DNA of 64,000 nt from the human T2T-CHM13v2.0 reference genome, Homo sapiens, in NCBI RefSeq assembly GCF_009914755.1, contig NC_060926.1. One strand, written 5' to 3'. Position numbers and translations under genes: made by a program. The notes under the pieces are model-generated. The model searched no databases and had not been told where the DNA came from. It worked only from the letters and a program-made list of their open reading frames with translations. Each line of letters opens with the position of its first letter. Position 1 is the stretch's first letter. This document shows positions 1-12,378 of the stretch, in pieces.

Positions 1-959
1 ATGAATGCATAGTAGATCTTTTGCCAGTGAAAATTCTAATAGAAATGTTAAATAAAGATAAAGATTCCAATAAACAAGTCTAATTGAGTGGTTAAATTTT
101 AATATCCCCCTACGTTGTCAGAGAAAGCAAACAAAAAAACAAAAGAGCAGTATACTTTGTTTTAGAATTGGTATTTAGAGGTATATCACCAGACTTGACT
201 TACTTTCATTCTACTTTGAGTGTTTAATTATTTCAGTTTTTGTTTGATGCATTTTCAGAGGCAATCGAGACTTCAAATAATTGGTTTACTGTTGAATTGT
301 TTTTAAGGTTGGCTGGACTTCTCATAAAACTCTGATCTAATGTACCTCTGAGCTATTCTTGTGTTTTGTTTTGTTCCGTTGGTGGTATAGATTTATGATG
401 ATTCTGTCTTCCCCATCTCTTGCTTATATACCCTGGCAGCTCATGATATCCTTGGTACTGACGTCTTGGCTGGATTTGGTGTTGCAGGCTCTACCACCAT
501 ACTTAGAGAGTGGATGTTTCTTTTTCCAAAGTTATCATATAAGCAATTTCTTTGTCTTAATATACCTAGATTTTAACCTTTTTACCTCCTCTGTTCAATC
601 TTACCTCCTCTGTTCAGTCTATAAACTGTTTACATAGAGTTTATGAACTGTATTACATTTTTTTTTGGTAGCTGTAAACCACAGTTTAGTTTTCAGAGAG
701 AAAGTGTATTCTGTTGTGCCAAGATTCATAAATAAGATAAGGGAAGAAATTATTTCCATGTGTAAGGAAGCATAAAGCTCAGAGAAAGGCATTTGGATGA
801 TATTAACAAGCCCGACAACAGCAACAACAGTAGCTAACATTTTATTGTATGCTTTTATTGGGTCAGGTAGGGGTGTTTTACATATATGAGTACTCACTAA
901 TATGTGTACGTATATTACCCACATGTACATAAAATGCAACATATAATACAACAATTCTA

Positions 960-1110
960 TAAGACAGACACTACAATGCCTTTTCTACTTAATGAGGACA
1001 CTGAAGGATTATGTAACTTGCCAGAGGTTAGTGGGAGAGCCAGGATTTAAGTTTGGACAGTTTGGATGCAGAGAGTTTCTAAGGGTTTCTAACCATTATG
1101 CCATAGTGCC
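960..1110. mobile_element. MIR fragment (similar MIR remnants at ~7780-7940, 9590-9800, 22920-23130, 26440-26660 and 61470-61680)
   Basis: MIR core-like motifs (atgaggacactgaag...gtaacttgcc...gagccaggattt). Confidence 0.55.
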
Positions 1111-1735
1111 TCTTACTATTATTGTCTTTTAGTAGTGAAAAGAAGCTAATCTTTTATAAGTAGATACTTAGTAGACATGGATTGCTTGCAGGCACAAGTG
1201 AATATATGGTGTCTTAAATTATTGCATTGCATATCTTTGCCCCTTGCTTTCTCATAGACCTTGTAGGGTATGCTAAACATTTTTTGAAGGATGTTTGATA
1301 TTATGTTAGTTTTTGAAAAGAAGAAGTTTTCTATTTAGAGGAAGTCATTCTGCCGGAATTTCATCTTTCAAGGAGATTATTCTGAATAGTACCACAAGTA
1401 ACTTCACACCATGATGAAATTACAGTGTAATACTTGCAGTAACTTACGTGTTGCCATTGTAAGACACAGAATGCAGCATTTCCGATCACCTTCTGTGTTT
1501 GTAAACTAGAAACACAGAAAAGTACGTTTTGAGGGAATGAAAAGGGCAGGCATTTAGTATAAATTTGTTAACCTATTGTCAGAGCTTTTTCTTATTACAA
1601 AACAGAACAAAAAATTTTTTAAGACTTTTTTGTTTTGTTTTGTTTTACTTTGGAACTTATTTGAGTAATCTCTTATGCATGGTTTATTAAACCTGTATTC
1701 CTTGTGTTCTTACTATTCTTTCTTTTTGACTCTAG

Positions 1736-1879
1736 GACAAACAGTCATGGCAAAATGAATACGAAGTCTACAGTTTGCCTGGAATGAAGCATGAGAACAT
1801 ATTACAGTTCATTGGTGCAGAAAAACGAGGCACCAGTGTTGATGTGGATCTTTGGCTGATCACAGCATTTCATGAAAAG
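1736..1879 (+). CDS. ACVR2A: ACVR2A coding exon (exon 6), kinase N-lobe: [48 protein letters not shown]
   Basis: Acceptor tctag|GAC and donor AAG|gtaaaa; 144 nt, phase 0-0. Translation matches the recalled activin type IIA receptor kinase. Confidence 0.97.
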
Positions 1880-2899
1880 GTAAAACTACTTAACGTTTTA
1901 CTTTAGTAAAGTCTGAGTTGGCCTGCCTACCTAATGCTGGCTATAAATCCCTCAGAGTTATTTTTCGAGACATCTTATAGTTGATTAATATTTAACCTGA
2001 AAATAAAAATCATTCTTGAATAAAAATGTTTTAAAAGGTAGTTTATTTTAATAAAAGAGCAAAGATGGCAACTTTTTAACCTAAAACTCTACTCATATAA
2101 ACCACCCTTTTGTTCCTTATTTCTTGTGCTGTAATTACTCTTACAAACATTTATTTTAGTGTAGGTAATGCTTAGTAATTTTCATTTACCATTTACAATT
2201 CATTTTGATTACGTGAACCATTTTTTTAAGTTTTAATCAGTCTTGCTTGTGACAAAACCAGAGTCAGGAAATTTATCTGATCTTTGATCTGTCACTAACT
2301 TGCAGGGTAATTATCACCAAAATGTAATTGCTAGTTTTCCTCAATTTTTCTACTTTTAGAGTCAGTGTGAAAGTACCATTAATGAAGTAGGAAATTATGT
2401 TTTTGGTAATTGGTTTCATCATTGTGAAATGTAAGTGGTTCTTTTACTTCTCTTATCTTGACCTAAAGGACAACAATAATCTAGAGGAATATTCTACATA
2501 TTAGTTGTTATTTTATGTTGTTATTTTGTGTTCTGCTAGTCCCATGATATAACAACTCTATAGTCAGGATATTTTAACTTTTAAAATATTTTCTAGAACC
2601 TTAGATTTTCAGCTAGTCTTTAAAAAAAAAAAAAAACAAACTTGTCTTATAGATTGGTGGAAATTGACTATTCTTGTAACAAAAGTTTAAAGCTCTGGTA
2701 TTTCCTTCTGGTCAAATGTTTATTAATGTGAAATGGAAGGAAATTTGAACCATTTGAACCATTCCAGAAAGATTGTTTCTTGGATATTATTTTTCCCTGA
2801 AAGGGAAACTCACAACCTCTTATAGGTAAAAAGAAAAGTCTCCTTATACATATGGCCTTTGTCAAGAACATAAGTTTCTTTTTTTCCCTCTTTTTTTAG

Positions 2900-3045
2900 G
2901 GTTCACTATCAGACTTTCTTAAGGCTAATGTGGTCTCTTGGAATGAACTGTGTCATATTGCAGAAACCATGGCTAGAGGATTGGCATATTTACATGAGGA
3001 TATACCTGGCCTAAAAGATGGCCACAAACCTGCCATATCTCACAG
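2900..3045 (+). CDS. ACVR2A: ACVR2A exon 7: [48 protein letters not shown](R)
   Basis: Acceptor ttttag|GGT and donor CACAG|gtagac; 146 nt, frame continuous with neighbouring exons. Confidence 0.97.
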
Positions 3046-4682
3046 GTAGACTAAATTTATATTGTTTTCCCAGATAATTGAGTATATATTTACTAAACTT
3101 TTAAGCCCCTGGGTAAATTTTAATTTTTCCTTTGTTATGCAATCATGCTTTACAAGACAGTCAGTTTTCATTTGTTTTTTAAAATTAGCTTTGAGATTGG
3201 CCAGGAAGTATTTTGGATAATGTATATGTTAACATTATTGGTAAAGTTTAATGATCTACTTCATCTCATTTCTGAAAGCATGATTGAAAATAAACTATAT
3301 TTTCTCGATCTCAAAGGAAAAAGACATTTGTTTTACCTCAAAACATGATTTATCAATAGGGATTATTATCCAAGGGCATGTAATGAAGGAGAGACTTTGA
3401 ATGTCTTCCTTGCTTGTTTTTTGAATGACCTTATCTGTACCCTGAGCCAAGTCTTAAAGGGAGGCATCACTTAAAACAGTTGTCCAGTGAAGAAATAGTA
3501 CTTAGACCCAACAGTTGTCATGCCCGCAAAAGGAAAAATGATTGTGTCTTAAACATGGAATTCAGTTTGCCATGTATTTAATTTTCTTGAACGTGGGATT
3601 CAATTTGTTGTCTTGTGTTCCATTTAAAGATGGTTGTTTGAAAAGTAGGCATTAACTGATTCACAGAACAGATACTTAGCTGAGTGCCACCAGGCGATGT
3701 TTTAGGTTGCTGGGAGGCATTATTGTAAGTCAGCCTCTAATTTAGGTTCTGATTTTGCAAACTTTAAATGACGTCTACCTCAGAAATAACTCTTCTCACT
3801 TTCTTACATGCAGTCTATTGGCCTCGTCTTCGATTTTCCCTTGCCCTACCTGGTCACATAGGGAATTAATCCTTAAGGACCCCCAAAGTTATTAAGGGCC
3901 TGAAAGTCTTTTGAAACTAAGATCGATTAGCTTTTATAGCATTTGGGAGTGTCTACTTGTGCTTTCAGTATCCCATTATTGGTCTATATGTCTGCACATA
4001 AATTTAACCACTAGTCATTGGCATAGATGTATTTAACTAGGGTATAGTAATCTCTAGGATGAGCCAGTTGAGACAGGTGTGTAGAAGAGGATATCTTACT
4101 GCCTTAAAACTGTTACCCTTTTCAGAACACCAGGATCTAGCTAGAGCAGTGTATGTTTATGGTAAAAAGTTTCTGTTATTCATTCCATAAGATGCTTTTC
4201 TACAACCAGGTGGAAGAATATAAGAACCTCTATAATAAGGGATTATTCTAAAATGTAGGTCTCTACCAATAAGCAGAAGGCCCCAATTCAGCTATTTTTT
4301 AAAAGTTTCTTCATTTTGGTTTAAAATTTCTGTTTCTATGGGAGTTTGCAAATCAGAACTCTGAGATATTAACAGTAGTTTTATGATTGGTAGGTGGGTG
4401 ACATAGATAACATATCTTTTTGGTATGGCAGATTTTTATATAACTGCTTTATAGGTAGGATTCCTTCTTATTGTCCATGTTATGAATAGGGGTTTGTCAC
4501 CGTGCTCTTGTGTTTAAGGCTGCATGGGGCTCTGAGCTTTGTTTGTCTCACTTTCTCTGCATTTCATAATTTTAAGTAACTATTTTTTCATAGTGTACAT
4601 ATTCCCCCTTTTCTGCTTTCAATAAAAAATTTAAAAAGGTAACTAGTTTAAACTTAATTTGAATACTCTTTTTATTTGCAAG

Positions 4683-4797
4683 GGACATCAAAAGTAAAAA
4701 TGTGCTGTTGAAAAACAACCTGACAGCTTGCATTGCTGACTTTGGGTTGGCCTTAAAATTTGAGGCTGGCAAGTCTGCAGGCGATACCCATGGACAG
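4683..4797 (+). CDS. ACVR2A: ACVR2A exon 8: catalytic loop (R)DIKSKN and DFG motif
   Basis: Acceptor gcaag|G and donor CAG|gtaagg; 115 nt. Completes HRDIKSKN and encodes ADFGLA. Confidence 0.97.
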
Positions 4798-5480
4798 GTA
4801 AGGATGATGATTATAAAATGTAAGAAAAAATAAACTTGTTCCATATTTTCTTAGAATGGCATGTCAGGACTGAATTAGTCTAAAATTGTTGTGGTGTTTA
4901 AATCAGCATCTAATAGAGTTATCAAAGTTTCTGAGGAAGACATTTTCATATGATGGTAGAGGACTCAGGTGGTTTAGATCAAGCACTTCGTAAAGCAACC
5001 CTTAGACACACGTCATAGGATTCTTTTTGAAAAATTGATCAAAGAATAATCCACCACCTTTTAACAGACCTCATTCTTAGGGAATTCTTCGTATGAACTC
5101 CGTAGTTTTAGTCTGTTAGTTCTTTCACCATCTTAAGAAGAGTGGAAGAATAATTAGTCACTGTCCTTACTACAGTGTATTAAGATTTCCTGTCCATTTT
5201 CCCATGCAATAATAGTTTATTGCTTCTTGTTGTTTATTGCTTCATTAATTTCTTTAATCAACTTGATGGCTTTTCTCCAAATTCTCTCCAGAGTTCAGAG
5301 CACTTGTAAACCCCTGAATTAGGTAACTCTTCACACCTCTGTATATATCCATATGCACAGAAATCTTAGTAATGGGAACCTCTAGGAAGGCCAAAAGGGA
5401 AAAGAACATTATCCATACAGTTTATTCTCAGAAACTTTGAGGCTGGAAAAGATGTTTTCATTCCTGCAAGATCACCTTTT

Positions 5481-5914
<434 letters not shown>

Positions 5915-7425
5915 TAATTCTTAGGTTTCTTTTCCCCAGCATATCCTATTGGTTCCTGAGGACACGTTTTTAATGTCATGGCACCACCAATTTTGGCAGT
6001 ATTGACTAACTATTTAAGAATGTAGTTTGGGGTAATGGTCAGTAGCCATATAGCTCTAGAAAAGTTGACTGCAAATGTGTATGGGAATGGAGGCAATTTT
6101 GTGGAGAATACTACCAAGATTGTGTAGGAAGCCTGAGGACAAACTTCTAAGCTAATTGAATGATAGACTATCATAAGACTAAATTCTGGGAACATATTCT
6201 TAATTTGGTACCTCATAAGCCCTCCCTCATTTTTTGAGAAAAAAAATTTCTGACTCATTCATGTCATATTTTTAACTCCTTCACAACTGGGTTTTATGAT
6301 TAGTTAAAAATTATTGGCTTACAGTAATGACTCCTTGACTTTAGATTTCATGGACCAGAAAATTTCAGAAATATTTGGAGGGACTTGCATGTTATTGCAC
6401 ATTTTATATAGTACAAAGAACACATATAAAAGAGGGAACATTTTATGTCAACATGGTAAATAAACCATAATCTTACAATAAAAGAGGTAGGTACCTTGGA
6501 TGGCATACATTTACCTGTAAGAGAAAAGTAGGCTTTAGGGAAACATTCACTGATAGCACAATTAAAATAATTATTCTGAGTAGTAAATTTTTTAAAAGTA
6601 GAGCCACTTTTCCCTTTAATGTGTTCTCCTTGAACTTTAGTCTTAGTGATCTGTCTTTATTCTTAAAAAAAATCTTTACATGTATATTTGCATAAATTGC
6701 CCAACTTTTAGTCTAGAGTAGAGATTATAGCCACCTAAGGATGGAGCGTTATGGACGTACCAATATCTAGACTACTCTCTAGTTCGAATACATCGCAAGT
6801 ATGTTGTGATGTACCCAGCTATCTCACAAATATTTTTAAGCATTCATATATGAATGTTGTCAAGCACCAACCAAAGCTAGCTGTACTAGCTTAGTAACCA
6901 TAGTTACAGTACTAAGAAATACCAAATTGTTGGGGACAGTTATAAATAAAGGACTCCAAGACAGAAGAATTTATGAATAAACAAATACATAGATTTTGTA
7001 CAGATAGAACTTTTTAACATCAGTCTGTCCTTTACTTAGCTAATTCTTTTTATAACATTTTATTAGTTTTTTTAATACAGAGAAAAGACCTCAAAAAAAG
7101 TTTTTTTTTTAAAGCTACATTTCAAACAGTATGCAAAGGTACAATTGAAAAGTATGCAGCATCCTTCTCCCAGCTGACAATTGGTTCAGTTTCTTGTGAT
7201 TACATCCAGAAAGGGGAACATAAAAACTTCTAAGTCTGTACCAGCATAATGTCTGTTGATATATTTTTTAAGTATACGCAGAAAGGATCTTTCTATTTAT
7301 ACGCTATAGTGTGTATACCTTACCCTGGTAATAGACCACATTTGGTTTTGATTCATCTTACAAAATCATATGTTAGTTCATAAAGTTAATGAATGAGTAC
7401 TCTTTGCTTTTAACATCTTTTTCAG

Positions 7426-7564
7426 GTTGGTACCCGGAGGTACATGGCTCCAGAGGTATTAGAGGGTGCTATAAACTTCCAAAGGGATGCATTTTTGAGG
7501 ATAGATATGTATGCCATGGGATTAGTCCTATGGGAACTGGCTTCTCGCTGTACTGCTGCAGATG
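7426..7564 (+). CDS. ACVR2A: ACVR2A exon 9: [46 protein letters not shown]
   Basis: Acceptor ttcag|GTT and donor GATG|gtaagg; 139 nt. Carries the GTRRYMAPE motif of TGF-beta family receptor kinases. Confidence 0.97.
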
Positions 7565-9174
7565 GTAAGGGAAAAAAATATTTTTAAAAAAGATATATAT
7601 GCCTACCACACATATATGAAAAGGGATGATACACTCCAAGGTAATATTTTAAAGTACAGTTTTTTTTTAATTGACTCCAAGAGATGGTAGAGAATTCAGG
7701 AGGCAGGGGAGCAGTGGGTGGGGTAGGAGAGGAAAGGAATTGCTATGTATTGATCCTTTACCATTACTAGCTATGTTGCTGGACACTTCACATACCTTAA
7801 GGTTATTTCCTAAAACGGTTTCAGAGGTAGTTATTATGCTTTACATATGAGGAAATTGAGATGCAGAGAAATTAAGTAGTTTGCCTACTTTAGCCTCAAA
7901 CTGGTGAATGATGAAACCTAGATTTGAAACTCTGATCCAGACATAGGGAGAGGTCTGCTTTAAGGTCATATGGGTCCTGCCCCCCAGGTTAAAGGGTTTC
8001 TATTACTTGTTCTTGTTATTGAAGTCCATGTTCAAGTCTTATAGATATTTGCTTTTATTTATTTATTTTTCTGGGTAAATTTTCAGACGATATTTCCAGT
8101 GTGACAGAACTATTTTAGTGTTTCAAGCACTGTCTTTAGTACTCCTTCATAAGGTCTTTACTCTGTCTTCAAGTATGTTGCAGCATTTTTTGTTTTGAAT
8201 AATATAAGGCAAACTTGCCGACTGCTAAACTCCTAAACAGATGTAAATGAGCTTGATCTGTTTCTTAAGTTCTAATTTATAATTGCCTAAAAACTTCCTG
8301 TGATTGTCAAAGACCATAGAAGAAATTGTGAATATTTTAAGTTATAACCAATGTAACCTATGTTACTAACAATATTTTATTTTCTGAGTACTGTAATAGG
8401 CTCTCGTTGTAGGACAGACTGCCACTGGAATATGAAATTCAATATAGGGTACTATTAAAGGGAATTTAATAGAGTGTTCAGAAATGGGCATTCTTCCAGG
8501 ATTGAGGGATTGGCTTGGGAGTCAATGCCAAACCTAAGAAAAGTTGAAGCAATTTTGGAATAATTTCAGAAGTCTTTAGGAAGAAGCGTTAAGAACGCAG
8601 AGTGTTTTGACTCTAAGAGGAATGACATTTATGATGTGCATTTATGGAAGCAGAAGTAGGTTAGATGGCAGATGTTATAGGAAAATATATTTTATAAGAA
8701 CTTTATTAATATGAACTCTCCATAACAAATCATTGGATTAAGTAATTTAGGAGACACAAGACCTTATTCTCAAGTAATATACAGTTTAGTTAGGGCAATA
8801 AAATATATCCTGGACAATTAACTCTAGAGTAAGTTAAGTGTGAGTTGTCTGGCCCATTCCCCAGTACATAGGTATTCAATAAATGTTTCTGGGTTAGTGC
8901 AATACTTAAGAAATACAAGCATGTGTTTTAGGAGTTTAGGGGAGAAATTGCTTTGTTTATGGGGAAGAGAGGTTTCAGAGAAGTTCTTTTGGAAAAAGAA
9001 AAGGCTAGATACTGACTTTTCTTAAATGCCATGAAATAATTTCAGAGTCAGGCATTTCTGACTCTTAAGTCAGAACCCAATTGTTAAGTCAGAAATTGGG
9101 GTAGAGAGGATAGTGTGAGCATTGATTGCTAAAGTAGGTGCTTTCACGTGTGTTGATGGTTACTTGTTTGTTAA

Positions 9175-9350
9175 ATGAAGTAATTCTCAAACTTTAATGT
9201 GTCATACCAGATTCTTAGGAATCTTGTTAAAATTTAGATTCTGACTCAGTAGGTCTGGGTTGAAGCCTGAGAGTCTACATTTCTTAAAAGCTAAGCTACC
9301 AGTTGACGGCAGTGTTGCTGGCCTGTACACCACATAAGTGTTGAATAGAC
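9175..9350. mobile_element. MER5A-like hAT-Charlie DNA transposon
   Basis: Characteristic cttgttaaaat..agattctgactcagtaggtctggg...gcctgaga...catttct sequence. Confidence 0.7.
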
Positions 9351-10483
9351 ACCTTAGAATGTCGGTACTTTGTCACTGGAAGTACTCAAGCAGAGACCAA
9401 CTGTCCAGCCATAGATAATTCTTATATTTGAAGAGGGTTAAGTTAGATGACCCCTTTATGATTCATTGTATTCTACCCAGGAGTATTTAGTGCATTTCAA
9501 GAGCTTCACAAAATTTGTGTTTATGCACACATACATCTATCTGGTCACTGATACTGCTCAGTGGTGACCTGTGTCTGTCAAAGGAAGGCAATCCAGTGAT
9601 TAAAACCAGACTTCAGAGTTATTTAGAGAGTTGGGTTCAATTCCAGCTCTACCGTTTAACAGCTGTATGTCTTTGTGCAAATTATGTAACTTTTCTGAGC
9701 TTCTTATCAGTAAATAGAGGTACTGCCATCTTAACCCTGTGAAGTAAGTAATATATGTAAAGTTTCTGATCAGGATAGGTGCTTACTGGATGTTAGTTAT
9801 TATTAACTCCTAAATACAATTTTCTATTTATCTGAGTAGGCCTAAGAAAAAAGGAATTATTTATGTTGTTTAATGTTGTCTATGAAGGCACATCCTGACT
9901 TGTTGGGACCCCTAGTTGGAGAGCCTGTTTGTGATTTTCTAAAAAATAAACATGTACTTTTTGGCAGCTGTTGTGAGGGAGTGTAGAGAAGAGGTATGAC
10001 TCTGAGGTGCATAATTCCTCATGTGGGGCATGCAGGGGGTTTGGATATGCCATAGAATAAACATGGTTATAATAGATTGAACCTAGAGCCTCCAGAGCTG
10101 GAAGCACCACTGTTAACATTCTGATCTGAATTGTAAGGAATGGGTACCTTAAAGGGATATTATATAACGTTAATTTACAAATACTGATTGTTCCTTATGT
10201 CCTCTGTGCAGATGGAAATAGGCATCCTTTATACCTAGATAAGAAAGCCCCTTATGCAATCTTTAAGGGAATTACATGCCAAATTATAGGCCTTTTCATT
10301 TCCCATACATTAGTTTGGTCACACTGTGGTATAAGTACAGTTGAGAGTCTGTTTCTCTTCTGTCCTCATAGCATGTAAACAGTTGGGAATAGGTGACAGA
10401 GTATATTTTAGAAAGTTTGTACCAGTTTGAAAGTCAGGAGGATTTTAATGAAAATGATTTATTTTACTTTTCTTACTTTTCAG

Positions 10484-10614
10484 GACCTGTAGATGAATAC
10501 ATGTTGCCATTTGAGGAGGAAATTGGCCAGCATCCATCTCTTGAAGACATGCAGGAAGTTGTTGTGCATAAAAAAAAGAGGCCTGTTTTAAGAGATTATT
10601 GGCAGAAACATGCT
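10484..10614 (+). CDS. ACVR2A: ACVR2A exon 10: (G)[43 protein letters not shown], containing the coding A8 tract
   Basis: Acceptor ttcag|GA and donor GCT|gtaagt; 131 nt. Lies within ORF 10393..10815. Confidence 0.97.
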
Positions 10615-11532
10615 GTAAGTTATCCAGTTAGCTTTTCATTTGAAATTCCAATAAAACACTTTTCAGAGGAATTATTTATCTCTGCACATTTCTCTTTCTT
10701 CTGCAAGTATTTTCTGGAAGGTGATCTTCACACAGGATATTCTAGAGTTCTAGAGGCAGAATTAGGGCTATGTCTGTATACCCCTGAAGGTGATTGTAAA
10801 GTTATAGAGCTTTAGAGGGCTTTTGTCTCAATGGTCCTGTGCAGAAGATTGTGTCATCTATTTAGAAAGTTTCCCAGGGAAAAGGCATGCCAGACTCGGA
10901 AACTGTGGATAGTTGGGTAACTTTGCTGATGACCACTTCCAATATGACAACATTTTAAAAAGTTTATGAAGCACCATGTTTTCTCCTCTCCATGGGAGTT
11001 TGTTGTAGCCTTTTAATTTCGGCTTAGACTTTCAAGTCTTAATAGTGCTTTAAAACTATAGAGACCAGGCACATAACAGTATTGCCCTGGTTATTTCAGT
11101 CTAAATATAACTAGAAACCTGGCTAAAACCAGGTAGAGAAATCCCAAGGGTGGCTTTCTGATCTTCTGTTTAATTGTAAGATAGAAATGCTGATATTAAC
11201 TAAGAAAACAATAAAAATTGGTAGGTCCCCTTTATCCTTGATTTTTGAGTCCATTTGAAGGGTTAGCATTGAAATGACCTGGGTTATGAACAAGGGATAG
11301 AGATTTTTTTTTTGGAGTTAAAAAAATTCCTCTTGTGATAGTCTCATGCTTAAAAAAAAAGTTCTGTTTGTGCTTTTCTTTATGATTCTGCACATGGTAG
11401 TCAATAAAAGTGAATGTTGACAGAAACTTCTTTGACCCAGAAAAATAGCCATTTCTTCATGAAAATTTTATTGTTTCCTAATAGAAAACAAAAACTGCTG
11501 TGGCGTTTGAGTATATGTTTTTCTCCTTTTAG

Positions 11533-11727
11533 GGAATGGCAATGCTCTGTGAAACCATTGAAGAATGTTGGGATCACGACGCAGAAGCCAGGTTATCAGC
11601 TGGATGTGTAGGTGAAAGAATTACCCAGATGCAGAGACTAACAAATATTATTACCACAGAGGACATTGTAACAGTGGTCACAATGGTGACAAATGTTGAC
11701 TTTCCTCCCAAAGAATCTAGTCTATGA
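11533..11727 (+). CDS. ACVR2A: ACVR2A last coding exon (exon 11), ending ...DFPPKESSL* (C-terminal PDZ-binding motif)
   Basis: Acceptor tttag|GGA; matches ORF 11536..11727; TGA stop at 11725-11727. Confidence 0.97.
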   Translation, partial: GMAMLCETIEECWDHDAEARLSAGCVGERITQMQRLTNIITTEDIVTVVTMVTNVDFPPKESSL

Positions 11728-12372
11728 TGGTTGCGCCATCTGTGCACACTAAGAAATGGGACTCTGAACTGGAGCTGCTAAGCTAAAGAAACTGCTTACA
11801 GTTTATTTTCTGTGTAAAATGAGTAGGATGTCTCTTGGAAATGTTAAGAAAGAAGACCCTTTGTTGAAAAATGTTGCTCTGGGAGACTTACTGCATTGCC
11901 GACAGCACAGATGTGAAGGACATGAGACTAAGAGAAACCTTGCAAACTCTATAAAGAAACTTTTGAAAAAGTGTACATGAAGAATGTAGCCCTCTCCAAA
12001 TCAAGGATCTTTTGGACCTGGCTAATGGAGTGTTTGAAAACTGACATCAGATTTCTTAATGTCTGTCAGAAGACACTAATTCCTTAAATGAACTACTGCT
12101 ATTTTTTTTAAATCAAAAACTTTTCATTTCAGATTTTAAAAAGGGTAACTTGTTTTTATTGCATTTGCTGTTGTTTCTATAAATGACTATTGTAATGCCA
12201 ATATGACACAGCTTGTGAATGTTTAGTGTGCTGCTGTTCTGTGTACATAAAGTCATCAAAGTGGGGTACAGTAAAGAGGCTTCCAAGCATTACTTTAACC
12301 TCCCTCAACAAGGTATACCTCAGTTCCACGGTTGCTAAATTATAAAATTGAAAACACTAACAAAATTTGAAT

Positions 12373-12378
12373 AATAAA
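12373..12378 (+). terminator. Candidate proximal poly(A) signal of ACVR2A
   Basis: AATAAA ~650 nt after the stop codon, followed by U/GU-rich sequence. Confidence 0.5.

Noticed and set aside
10393-10815. 140-aa ORF as a separate gene or extended exon
   Set aside because: It is ACVR2A exon 10 plus chance open intronic flanks. Strong splice sites at 10484 and 10614 bound the real coding part, and the ORF starts at GTG.
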